NCBI GenBank assembly: GCA_014729085.1
Contig: WJKM01000014.1
Span: 1 to 60,731, forward strand
DNA length: 60,731 bases
Direction of reading: 5' to 3'
Origin: Candidatus Dojkabacteria bacterium
GTDB lineage: Bacteria > Patescibacteriota > Dojkabacteria > B142 > WJKM01
Positions within the stretch are counted from its first letter, which is position 1. Every line of letters begins with the position of its first letter. Below are positions 9,193 through 18,614 of the stretch, piece after piece. The notes beneath the pieces were generated by a model. It saw only the letters and a list, made by a program, of their open reading frames with translations. It was not told the DNA's origin and ran no database searches. The translations under genes and the position numbers were made by a program.

Positions 9193-11976
9193 ATGAAAGA
9201 TCTATTTTATCTCTATAAGAAGACTAAATATATATCTATTCTAATATTAATAATTATTCTGTTTGTCATCATACAAACCAGAAGTATATATGCCCAAGAA
9301 TGTCATGATGGAAATTATAAAAATGTTGGTTGTAATAATTGTGGAGGGGATTGTACTTATCAATATTGTGTAGGGGGTACGTGGATAGATCAACATGCAA
9401 CCTGTAATGATGATAAACCAGAGCCAGGTTGTCAGGGTAAGTGTGGTGGTGGTGGCAGTACACCTAGTTGCGGAGATGGCAGTGTTAATCAAGGATCTGA
9501 AGAATGCGACGATGGAAATACTAATAATGGTGATGGGTGTGATAGTAAATGTAAACTGGAATGCGGAAATATTACAATAAACACAGATGATCAAATGACA
9601 AGATTATCAGGAACACAGCCTTTAGCACTTTCATGGGACTATAATCAAACTAGTACTGACCCTAGATGCAATCCTACTTCCTATACTGTTCACTATGTCG
9701 AAAAACCAAGTTTTGATGTCGCAGATAAATCAGACTGCTTCAAAGATGCAGATGGTAATGATATTACAGGAACAGAAATTATTGTAAACGATACAAGTAA
9801 GACAAACGTAACCGTAGAAATTAATAATGGAACAAATAATATTGACTGGCAAAAACCCTATTGCTGGAAGGTTCAAGTAAATAAAGAAGCTGAGAAGACA
9901 GTAGAAGCCGGACCAAATAGTTTTAGAACAAATTATGCTCCGATTTTTTCAAGAGCAGGTATTCAATTTGTAGATAACACAAGAACTCAATTAGATCAAC
10001 AAACACAGCCCTGGGGTATTGATCCAGTTAATTCTGGCAACCCCGTCTGTTCATCTGGTTGGGATGTCTCCTGTAATACAATTACTAATGATACGGACTT
10101 AAATCTTGGGGGGGAGAATGTCTGTTGGTTAGCGGGGCACGATCCAGTAGATGCTCCAGGACAAGACCATACTATTTACCTTTGGTTCGAATATTTCGAC
10201 CCAGATAACGAACCAGTATCTCAAGAACCTAACGAATCTCAAAGACATCGACTTGCTTTTGTAGAAAAAGATTTTTTTAATCCCATAGAGTCAGCCTCAA
10301 ATATCCAAAATGCAGGGAATGTAAGTTCGGGAAATACATTATTCTACTCACACTTTGCAAACTTATTAAGCACAGAAACGCCTAGCATTACTACCCAAGA
10401 GGGGAATACCAACATTTCCATAGTTGAATCAAAAAGACTCCATTTTAATAATAACAAAGTCCGAATTATATATAAAATTCGATTTAATAGAGACGTATCT
10501 TATACTGGACATTATGATATTTATGAGATGATGGAACATAATGTAGATGATCCAAACATTGGTTTTACAGGAGAAAATTTAGGTGACCACTTTACCGGAA
10601 TTGATCCTTCTACAGGCAAACAATATCAAAAAATAGGTACTTTCAGTATTGATAATGAAGAACCCGAAGTTGGTGTAAACCCTCCTATTATTAACGGATA
10701 TCATTCATTCAATCTTACATGGCTGGACCAAACCGGTACTCAAGGATCTGATCTTAAAACTTTTAAAGGATATTGCTATTCGGACAACAGCCCAAGTTTC
10801 AACCTTATATATCTTGGCCCTTACAGTCCAAATCCAGAAACTAAAACTTTAGACGTTATTGACATAAACAGGGTACCAGCAGGATATAATGAATGCCTTC
10901 CACTTACTGCAAAAATTGAGGTAATTGCAAATGGAACCGCTACAACTAATTATAGTTTTGAAAATAACCTACATTCTTACCGAAGATTTGATGACTTAGT
11001 TATTTCTACCATAGATGCAGAAGACAAAGCTTGTAATGTGAATAATGATCCTTATATTGATCCACAAAAATTATTCGACCCTTGGATAACTACACGACAA
11101 GGAACTGTACATTCTGATGGGAGCATTGATATCAATACACCTTTTGAAGTTGACAGCTCAATTAGAACAGATAATTCTCTGTATTATGGACAATGGCCAT
11201 TTTACAACAACACCCCTCCGGAATTAATTAGGATCTCATCTAATATGTTGAGTAGTCAAGTTGCTACTCTAACTAATCAGTCTTTAAACAATCAGAAAAT
11301 AACAAATTATTTTGATCTGAATTATACACCAAAATTCGGACCTGTTGCCGATAATTGGTATGATTATTTCAAAGGTTTTCTGGAAAATGCAGGACTAAGT
11401 TCAAGTATGAAACAAATAAGTGGGGATAAAAGTATAAATAGTATATCAAGTCTAAACCCATCATGTACGAACCATAGATGCTTTTATGAAATTAATGGGA
11501 ACCTTACTATTGGGCCAGCAAATCCCTCTCGTTGCGACAAACAAAGTTTGATATTTATACAAGGAAATCTTACAATAATTGATGATTTTACTAACAATGG
11601 AAGTCCAAATAATGCTTGTATATTTATTGTAAAAGGAAATATAACATTTGAAAATGGAAGTCAACCTCTAGATGCCGATCCCTCAATGGGCGGAAATACA
11701 GCTCCATACAATGGGGTAGCCGGCTTCTTTATTTCGGACTCAAGTATAGATAAAACAATAAAAGTTAAAAAAGATGCCCAAATGGTAACTGGTAGTCCAT
11801 ATGCTGATGCATTGGTAATTAGAGGTGGACTTGTTTCAGACAATGTTGAATTTAGAAGAAACGTTGGTTTGCGAAACAATATTCAACCTGCAGAAATTAT
11901 ACTTTATGATCCTAGGTATATTATTCTATTCGAAGATATTTTAGGATATAGTCTATTAACTGTTAGAGAAAAGTAA
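9193..11976 (+). CDS. Large secreted Cys-rich pilus-associated adhesin-like protein (paralog A)
   Basis: Signal peptide (..IYA|Q), DUF4215/Myxococcus Cys-rich repeat [16 protein letters not shown], Fn3-like YCWKV segment, C-terminal GNLTI repeats; lies inside the T4P locus. Confidence 0.75.
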   Translation: MKDLFYLYKKTKYISILILIIILFVIIQTRSIYAQECHDGNYKNVGCNNCGGDCTYQYCVGGTWIDQHATCNDDKPEPGCQGKCGGGGSTPSCGDGSVNQGSEECDDGNTNNGDGCDSKCKLECGNITINTDDQMTRLSGTQPLALSWDYNQTSTDPRCNPTSYTVHYVEKPSFDVADKSDCFKDADGNDITGTEIIVNDTSKTNVTVEINNGTNNIDWQKPYCWKVQVNKEAEKTVEAGPNSFRTNYAPIFSRAGIQFVDNTRTQLDQQTQPWGIDPVNSGNPVCSSGWDVSCNTITNDTDLNLGGENVCWLAGHDPVDAPGQDHTIYLWFEYFDPDNEPVSQEPNESQRHRLAFVEKDFFNPIESASNIQNAGNVSSGNTLFYSHFANLLSTETPSITTQEGNTNISIVESKRLHFNNNKVRIIYKIRFNRDVSYTGHYDIYEMMEHNVDDPNIGFTGENLGDHFTGIDPSTGKQYQKIGTFSIDNEEPEVGVNPPIINGYHSFNLTWLDQTGTQGSDLKTFKGYCYSDNSPSFNLIYLGPYSPNPETKTLDVIDINRVPAGYNECLPLTAKIEVIANGTATTNYSFENNLHSYRRFDDLVISTIDAEDKACNVNNDPYIDPQKLFDPWITTRQGTVHSDGSIDINTPFEVDSSIRTDNSLYYGQWPFYNNTPPELIRISSNMLSSQVATLTNQSLNNQKITNYFDLNYTPKFGPVADNWYDYFKGFLENAGLSSSMKQISGDKSINSISSLNPSCTNHRCFYEINGNLTIGPANPSRCDKQSLIFIQGNLTIIDDFTNNGSPNNACIFIVKGNITFENGSQPLDADPSMGGNTAPYNGVAGFFISDSSIDKTIKVKKDAQMVTGSPYADALVIRGGLVSDNVEFRRNVGLRNNIQPAEIILYDPRYIILFEDILGYSLLTVREK
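11846..11976 (+). repeat. 131-bp direct repeat, copy 2 (3' end of paralog A)
   Basis: Matches 9038..9168. Confidence 0.95.
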
Positions 11977-11998
11977 AACTTTTAATTCTTTTTATATA

Positions 11999-14821
11999 AT
12001 GCTACGAAAAACTAAAATAAAGCAGTCAATCATATTTATTCTTATAATAACTCCAGTATTATTATTCATAAGTAGTTTCTTTATATCAAGAATAGTATAT
12101 GCAGGTTGTTGGACTGGATCATGTTCGGCAGGTGGTTGCAGTTCAGGATCAAGTGATGGTGATTACTGTGAATGTCCACATAAAGATGACTGCTGTTCTG
12201 GAAAATGTAGAGATGGAGATGGACTTCCCGGAGCTGAACACTGTCATTGTGGATCTTCTCCTCCTGCAAAAAAATGTGGGGATGGAGATGTAAACAGGGA
12301 TCCAGAAGAATGTGACGATGGAAATACCAATAATGGTGATGGGTGCGATAGTAATTGTAAACATGAATGCGGAGATATAACTTTAAATACCAATGATGAA
12401 TTGACTAGACTATCGGCGACTGAACCTCTTACTTTAAGCTGGACCTATAACCAAACTAAATCCCATGCAGATTGTAATCCTACTTCCTATACATTATGGT
12501 ACGTCGAAAAACCAAGTTTTGATGTCGCAGATAAATCAGACTGCTTTAAAGACGCTGATGGGAACGATATTACCGGTACTGAAATTACTGTAAATAAAAC
12601 AGGTACAACAAACGTAACTAAAATTATCAATAATGGTAGTAATAATATTGATTGGCAAAAGCCTTATTGCTGGAAAGTAAGAGTAAATAAAGATGCAAGT
12701 AAGGAAATAGGTGCCGGCCCCAACTCATTTAGGACAAATTATGCTCCAGTTTTTTCAAGAGCAGGTATTCAATTTGTAGATGCGGGAAAAACAGATATGA
12801 CAGATTCAAGTAATGGTTGGGGAATCAATCCTGTCAATTCTGGAAACCCTGTCTGTTCATCTGGTTGGGATGCAACATGTAATACAGTTACAAATAACTC
12901 AGATTTAAATTTGGGAGGGGATACAGATTGCTGGATAGCTGGTTATGATACAGATGACGCTTCAGGGCAGGACCATACTATTTACCTTTGGTTCGAATAT
13001 TCGGATCCCGATAACGAACTTGTTGCACAAGAACCAAACGAATCACAAAGACATCGCCTTGCCTTTGTGAAAAAAAATTTCTTTAATCCAATCGAAACAG
13101 CATCAAATATACAAAACATGAGTCACTTAAATACAGGAAACACATTGTTCTACACCTATTTTTCTAACCTATTAAATAGCCAAACGCCAACTCTTAGCAA
13201 CCAAGAAGGTAATTTATATGTTCATATCGAAGAGTATAACCGAATCCTTTTTGATAATAATAAAGTCCGCATTATATACAAAATAAAATTTGATCGCCCT
13301 AACCCGAATGCATGGTGGATCTTGCCATACAGCGGGACTTTCGATATCTACACAATGATGGAACATAATGTCGATGATCCAAATCTTGGATTTACTGGAG
13401 AAAATATGGCTGATCATTTTGGAGGAAATGATCCAACTACCGGAAAAAGATATCAAAAAATTGGCAGTATAAGTATAGACACAGAAGAACCTGAGGTAGG
13501 AGTCGAGCCTCCAATTATTGATGGATATCACTCTTTTGATTTAACTTGGAGTGATCAAACAATAACACAAGGATCTGGGCTAAAAAATTTTGAAAGCTAT
13601 TGTTATTCGGACAACCCTCCAAGTTTCGATCTGATTTACCTCGGCCCATATGGTACATTTCCTCAAACCAAAACAATTGAAACTATTGATATAGGAGCTA
13701 TTCCTACTGGTTATAATGAATGTATTCCCCAAGAAGCAAAGACTGAAGTTATCAACAATGGCTCTGCAATAACCGAACACAGTTTTGGAAATGATTTAGC
13801 TTCATACAGAAGATTTGACGATCTTGTTGTAGCTACAATTAATGCAGAAGACAATGCATGTAATAAAAAAGATGATCCATTTACAGATCCTCAACAACTC
13901 TTCAATCCTTGGATTACAACCAGACAGGGGACTGTTCATTCTGATGGAAATATAGACATTAACACTCCTTTTGAGGTCGACAGCTCAATTAGAACAGATA
14001 ACTCCCTTTATTATCATCAATGGGCATTCTATAACAATACACCACCAGTATTAATGCGTATCTCATCAAATATGTTGAGTAGTCAAGATGCAACTTTAAC
14101 AAACCTTTCTCTCAATAATCAAAAACTTCCAGGTTACTATGATCTTAACAATATACCCAGATTCGGTCCAGTCGCCGATAGCTGGTATGATTACTTTAAA
14201 GGCGTTTTGATTAACTCTGGTAATGCCTCAGCTATTTATACGATTACAAACAATCTCTCTATTACGAATATTTCAGAAATTGATGGAAATACATGTTTAG
14301 GCCCAAGATGCTTCTATGAAATAATTGGGAACTTAACAATTGGACCTGCAGATCCTCCGGCTCAATGCAATCGACAAGCATTAATTTTTGTTGATGGTAA
14401 TTTAACAATTATTGAAGATTTTACAAATGGAGGAGATCCTAATAACGGTTGTATATTTATTGTAAAAGGAAATATTTTATTTACAAATGACACAAATACA
14501 GCCCCTCTAGATGCCGACTCTACAATGGCACCTGGATCAAATACAGCCCCTTATAACGGAGTTGCTGGTTTCTTTATCTCAGAAACAAATTCAAATCATA
14601 CAATTAAAGTAAAAAAGGATGTCCAAATAATAAGCAATGTACCGTATGGAGATGGTTTTGTATTAAGAGGGGGTTTGATAGCAGATAATTACGATTTTAG
14701 AAGAAACGTAGGGTTGAGAAATAATATCCAACCTGCAGAAATACTACTTTATGACCCTAGATACATCATTCTTTTTGATGATCTATTTACTTACAGTATG
14801 TTAAATATTAGAGACAAATAA
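11999..14821 (+). CDS. Large secreted Cys-rich pilus-associated adhesin-like protein (paralog B)
   Basis: Colinear with paralog A over most of its length; different N-terminal Cys module. Confidence 0.75.
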   Translation: MLRKTKIKQSIIFILIITPVLLFISSFFISRIVYAGCWTGSCSAGGCSSGSSDGDYCECPHKDDCCSGKCRDGDGLPGAEHCHCGSSPPAKKCGDGDVNRDPEECDDGNTNNGDGCDSNCKHECGDITLNTNDELTRLSATEPLTLSWTYNQTKSHADCNPTSYTLWYVEKPSFDVADKSDCFKDADGNDITGTEITVNKTGTTNVTKIINNGSNNIDWQKPYCWKVRVNKDASKEIGAGPNSFRTNYAPVFSRAGIQFVDAGKTDMTDSSNGWGINPVNSGNPVCSSGWDATCNTVTNNSDLNLGGDTDCWIAGYDTDDASGQDHTIYLWFEYSDPDNELVAQEPNESQRHRLAFVKKNFFNPIETASNIQNMSHLNTGNTLFYTYFSNLLNSQTPTLSNQEGNLYVHIEEYNRILFDNNKVRIIYKIKFDRPNPNAWWILPYSGTFDIYTMMEHNVDDPNLGFTGENMADHFGGNDPTTGKRYQKIGSISIDTEEPEVGVEPPIIDGYHSFDLTWSDQTITQGSGLKNFESYCYSDNPPSFDLIYLGPYGTFPQTKTIETIDIGAIPTGYNECIPQEAKTEVINNGSAITEHSFGNDLASYRRFDDLVVATINAEDNACNKKDDPFTDPQQLFNPWITTRQGTVHSDGNIDINTPFEVDSSIRTDNSLYYHQWAFYNNTPPVLMRISSNMLSSQDATLTNLSLNNQKLPGYYDLNNIPRFGPVADSWYDYFKGVLINSGNASAIYTITNNLSITNISEIDGNTCLGPRCFYEIIGNLTIGPADPPAQCNRQALIFVDGNLTIIEDFTNGGDPNNGCIFIVKGNILFTNDTNTAPLDADSTMAPGSNTAPYNGVAGFFISETNSNHTIKVKKDVQIISNVPYGDGFVLRGGLIADNYDFRRNVGLRNNIQPAEILLYDPRYIILFDDLFTYSMLNIRDK

Positions 14822-14822
14822 A

Positions 14823-15923
14823 ATGGAAAACTTATTTAAAAAAATAAATCATAATTTAAAAGGACAAATACTAGTTATAATCTTGATTGTAATGCTTGTT
14901 TTAGGAATTACAGTTATCACAGTCACCAATAATGTCATTCGGGATATTTCCCAAAGCAAACAAAATACTCAGTATGAATCCTTATATTCAACAGCCGAAA
15001 AACATGTTTTAAATATTGCCCAAAGTCTTCCTTCTGATAATGTAACCCCTACAAATGTACAAACAACTCTTGAAGATTCAGGATTTGATGATGTGTCTTG
15101 CGATACAGCAGACGACGACTCACCAGATAGTCCCTCTGTAATATGTAGTGTTACAGACCCAACAAATCCGGTAGACGATGCCGAACTTCAAATTAAAGTC
15201 AAGGATAGTCCGCATATCATAAGAGCGGTACTTGCAAAAGACGAAATCATAGCATTTAAATTAAATGGTGACCTTGAAGGACATGGACAAACACTGGATG
15301 TAACCATGGAAGGAGAAGGGGACATTGCAATAGAAGTAATACTTGATTTTAAATACAATGGTGCAAGTGAATACAATGCTGTTAGAGGCGTTTATGATAG
15401 GAATTTATCTGTATTCACTAATCTGCAAGATAATGTCTTTGATATGCCTATAACGGGTACTGGCGATGGATTTTATATTGACTATGATTCATTAAAATCA
15501 AATATAGCTTCGAGTTACTTAGCCAATTTTACAACTGGTGATCCTGGAGATATTGAATTATTACAATTTAGATTCAGACCAATTATAAAAACAGGTGATC
15601 CAAATTCAATGCCTACTATTTATTTGTCTGTAATTAACAGTGATACAAACTTTAATCAAGCTATCATGCAAAGTAGGGTATTTGATGCGACCTCATATGT
15701 AATGAAAGATGGAAAAATCTTCGGTTCCCAAGCTTTTGCAACAGCAAGCCTTCCTTTACATAAATATCCAAGTATTTTAGACTACGTTCTTAGAAGCCAC
15801 TCAGATTTAACTCACTTCCAGGATTGCATTCCAACCGGAAATACTTGTGGTGATGAAGCATCTGAATGTTGTTCAGGTGTGTGTCAAGTTATACTAACTA
15901 CAGCTGTTTGCGTTAATAGTTAA
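14823..15923 (+). CDS. PilX-like minor pilin with C-terminal Cys-knot-like tail
   Basis: KG|QILVIILIVML class III leader lacking Glu5, as in PilX/GspK. Confidence 0.7.
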   Translation: MENLFKKINHNLKGQILVIILIVMLVLGITVITVTNNVIRDISQSKQNTQYESLYSTAEKHVLNIAQSLPSDNVTPTNVQTTLEDSGFDDVSCDTADDDSPDSPSVICSVTDPTNPVDDAELQIKVKDSPHIIRAVLAKDEIIAFKLNGDLEGHGQTLDVTMEGEGDIAIEVILDFKYNGASEYNAVRGVYDRNLSVFTNLQDNVFDMPITGTGDGFYIDYDSLKSNIASSYLANFTTGDPGDIELLQFRFRPIIKTGDPNSMPTIYLSVINSDTNFNQAIMQSRVFDATSYVMKDGKIFGSQAFATASLPLHKYPSILDYVLRSHSDLTHFQDCIPTGNTCGDEASECCSGVCQVILTTAVCVNS

Positions 15924-15937
15924 TAACAGATATTAAT

Positions 15938-16504
15938 ATGATTAAAATCTTTAAGTCATTAAAAAAAATAAATCATTTAAAAGCGTATTCATTATTAGAA
16001 GTATTAGTTACACTCCTTATCGTAAACATAATTCTCCTAATGGTATCTCAAATTCTAGTAATTTCTCTCCGCCTATCTGTACAAGCACAAGAAAGATCAT
16101 TTGCACGAGAGGAGTTAACCAATATCATTAATTTGATTAAAGCAGACATAAGAAATGCAGATAATTTAATGAATGATTGTACAAATAGCAATAGCTGTAC
16201 TCTAATGAAAACAAGTGCAGAAATTATGTGGCATCTTTGTGATGCAAACAACGACGGTGTTGATGACCAAATATGTAAAGATAACATTACAAGTGGTAAT
16301 ACCGAGTATATTAGCAATGAAAAGCTTATTATCGATCCAAACACTTTTTCTTTCTTGGAAGTGTCTTCTGGAGGAGCTGGTGGTAATATCAGAGACAGAA
16401 TTTCTATACTGATTACAATATCAGCTGACCACAGAAACGAGGATCTTGAAATAACAAATCTCTATAGACAGGTAATAATTTCTACAAGAAACTTCTACAT
16501 CTAA
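15938..16504 (+). CDS. PilW/GspJ-like minor pilin
   Basis: KA|YSLLEVLV prepilin motif; IKADIRNA helix. Confidence 0.75.
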   Translation: MIKIFKSLKKINHLKAYSLLEVLVTLLIVNIILLMVSQILVISLRLSVQAQERSFAREELTNIINLIKADIRNADNLMNDCTNSNSCTLMKTSAEIMWHLCDANNDGVDDQICKDNITSGNTEYISNEKLIIDPNTFSFLEVSSGGAGGNIRDRISILITISADHRNEDLEITNLYRQVIISTRNFYI

Positions 16505-16507
16505 ATT

Positions 16508-17062
16508 TTAGGAGAGAGGAAGCTGTCTATAAGTATCAACTCTTTCAACCTGTGGATCATCCTCATTTTGTATATAATACACCACAATGGATGTAATTCT
16601 AATTTTATCACTCATAATATCTGAACCTGCATTTGCACCAGCTGTTACATTCGTAAAGATAATCTGATTACATATATTTACCCCAGGTGTATTTGTAAGC
16701 AGATACGAACTATTATCTAAACAATCAGAAATTATATCCGGATTATTCATATCTACACCACTACATGTCGAATCCACTAATATTAAGTCATTATTATCAT
16801 CAAGTTTATAACAATAAGTTTGGTCCTGTTGACTAAAATCTGCATTCACTAGAGTAGAGGGAAGATCCAACTGGTTATATTCTAACGCCCTAAGCATTAC
16901 ACCTGCTGCCGTATCTCTTATCTCATTATCTTTAGTAGATCTAACCCCAATGGAAACTGTCCTAATTGCTAAAATCATAGTAGAAGCAACCAAAAGTAAG
17001 GCAATTAGAGCCTCTACTAACCCAAAACCTTTTTTAATCGATTTCTCTGAATATATTCCCAT
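16508..17062 (-). CDS. PilV-like minor pilin
   Basis: KKG|FGLVEALIAL; ATG at 17062 preferred. Confidence 0.75.
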   Translation of the reverse strand: MGIYSEKSIKKGFGLVEALIALLLVASTMILAIRTVSIGVRSTKDNEIRDTAAGVMLRALEYNQLDLPSTLVNADFSQQDQTYCYKLDDNNDLILVDSTCSGVDMNNPDIISDCLDNSSYLLTNTPGVNICNQIIFTNVTAGANAGSDIMSDKIRITSIVVYYIQNEDDPQVERVDTYRQLPLS

Positions 17063-17684
17063 CTGTTTCAAATTTATAATTATGTACTCGTCCTGAAGAA
17101 CCTTTTTGAACGTGACTGACTTCCACATCACATTCAGACCCTGTTAAATTAGATGAAGGATTGATTTGATTTAAAGAACTTGGACTAGAAATCCCCGTCA
17201 AAATATTCATTCTACCAGTCTTGTTTTCGTATAAAATTCCATTACATGCCACACTTCCCGTAGACCCTCCTGGAGAATTAAAATTCACACTTTCTATTGG
17301 CTGACTTTGCAAAGGCTCTACCGTTGAACAATCATACCATCCTTCAACACCTACTCCTGATAATCTTTTGCAACTTCTTACTTCATAGGAATTACCACTA
17401 AAATATATTAAGTATCCATGTATTTGGGTATTAAAAATTTCTTCTGAGGTACTTCCGACTCCTTCGGGATTGGCACGGCTGACAACATTATTTCTTGCAT
17501 TATTCTGTACAGTCTTCACCATATTTTCAAATTGTGCAGAACCTGAAGCAAGTTCCGATCCTACCTTAAAATTATTAATTGCACTAAAACCTATTGATGC
17601 AATCACCATAAATATAAGCATAACCACAAGTATCTCGATGATAGTCATACCTTTATTTAATTTTATTCCATTCTTTCCGTTCAT
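17034..17684 (-). CDS. FimT/FimU-like minor pilin
   Basis: NKG|MTIIEILVVM; VQNNA helix. Confidence 0.75.
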   Translation of the reverse strand: MNGKNGIKLNKGMTIIEILVVMLIFMVIASIGFSAINNFKVGSELASGSAQFENMVKTVQNNARNNVVSRANPEGVGSTSEEIFNTQIHGYLIYFSGNSYEVRSCKRLSGVGVEGWYDCSTVEPLQSQPIESVNFNSPGGSTGSVACNGILYENKTGRMNILTGISSPSSLNQINPSSNLTGSECDVEVSHVQKGSSGRVHNYKFETDGNIFREID

Positions 17685-17698
17685 TTATGAAGGACAGG

Positions 17699-18520
17699 TT
17701 ATAAATAAGGAAACAACATATTGAAAACAATCTGATGTTCAAAGTATGCAATTATAAACCCTAAACTAATAAAAGGAATAAATTGAATCATTGTTCCTTT
17801 TATCTTCTGATTAACAAAAATGGCCTTTAATAGTCCTATTAAGGAACCAACAACCGTTGATAAAAAGAATACAACAATTAAACCTTTCCATCCTAAGATA
17901 AAACCTACAAGCCCAAAAATCCATGCGTCTCCGAAACCAAGCCCCCTTCCTTTGGAGAGTGCTATCAATGCTACAATTACAGAAACACCTGTAATTCCTG
18001 ATAAAAAATATTCAACAATTTTTATTAACTCTATCTTACCAAAAAAATATAAAAAAATATAACTTACGGAAAACACAATAAATGCAAAAAGAATCAAATA
18101 TACAGGGACTTCCCAGTATAAATAATCAAAGTAACCTAGATAAATAAAGAAAAAACTAAGCAATAGCCCCACCAAAACAAATTCTAGGGTATATTGCTGA
18201 AATTGAAAAAACAAATAGAAGGGGATAAAGAAAGTAAAACCAGAAATAATCTCAAGCCAGAATAATGACATATTGATTTTTGATTTGCATTTTGTACACT
18301 TACCTTTCTGGAAAATATATGATAATAATGGAATTAATTCTACTGGTTTCAGAATCTTCCCACAATTATCGCAACGTGACCTTGTTAAAAATATTTTAGG
18401 AAATGAGATATTTGACTTTTTTTTTGGATTAAGTCTAGAAGCAATAGCTCCAATAAAACTTCCGATAGAAGCACCAAGGAAGAATATTATTATATAAAGC
18501 GCAAGATACAATATCACCAA
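17699..18520 (-). CDS. pilD: Prepilin peptidase (A24)
   Basis: RSRCDNC, GKCTKC, GLGFGD, FIPFI. Confidence 0.93.
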   Translation of the reverse strand: MVILYLALYIIIFFLGASIGSFIGAIASRLNPKKKSNISFPKIFLTRSRCDNCGKILKPVELIPLLSYIFQKGKCTKCKSKINMSLFWLEIISGFTFFIPFYLFFQFQQYTLEFVLVGLLLSFFFIYLGYFDYLYWEVPVYLILFAFIVFSVSYIFLYFFGKIELIKIVEYFLSGITGVSVIVALIALSKGRGLGFGDAWIFGLVGFILGWKGLIVVFFLSTVVGSLIGLLKAIFVNQKIKGTMIQFIPFISLGFIIAYFEHQIVFNMLFPYL

Positions 18521-18614
18521 ATATTTACTTAAAACTAAGATAATTTAAGTTTCACACATGTTTCAAAGATATAAATTCCTGTTTCACAAACTATTTCAAA
18601 AAAAATATATGAAA

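Noticed and set aside
9038-11976. Diversity-generating retroelement TR/VR pair
   Set aside because: Only two differences, both synonymous C/T changes in opposite directions rather than adenine-specific; no reverse transcriptase in the window
8896-16510. Recombinase-driven invertible segment (shufflon)
   Set aside because: No inverted repeats seen at the strand-switch points and no adjacent invertase
18549-18590. parS site
   Set aside because: Only TGTTTCAC half-sites in direct orientation, not the 16-bp palindrome
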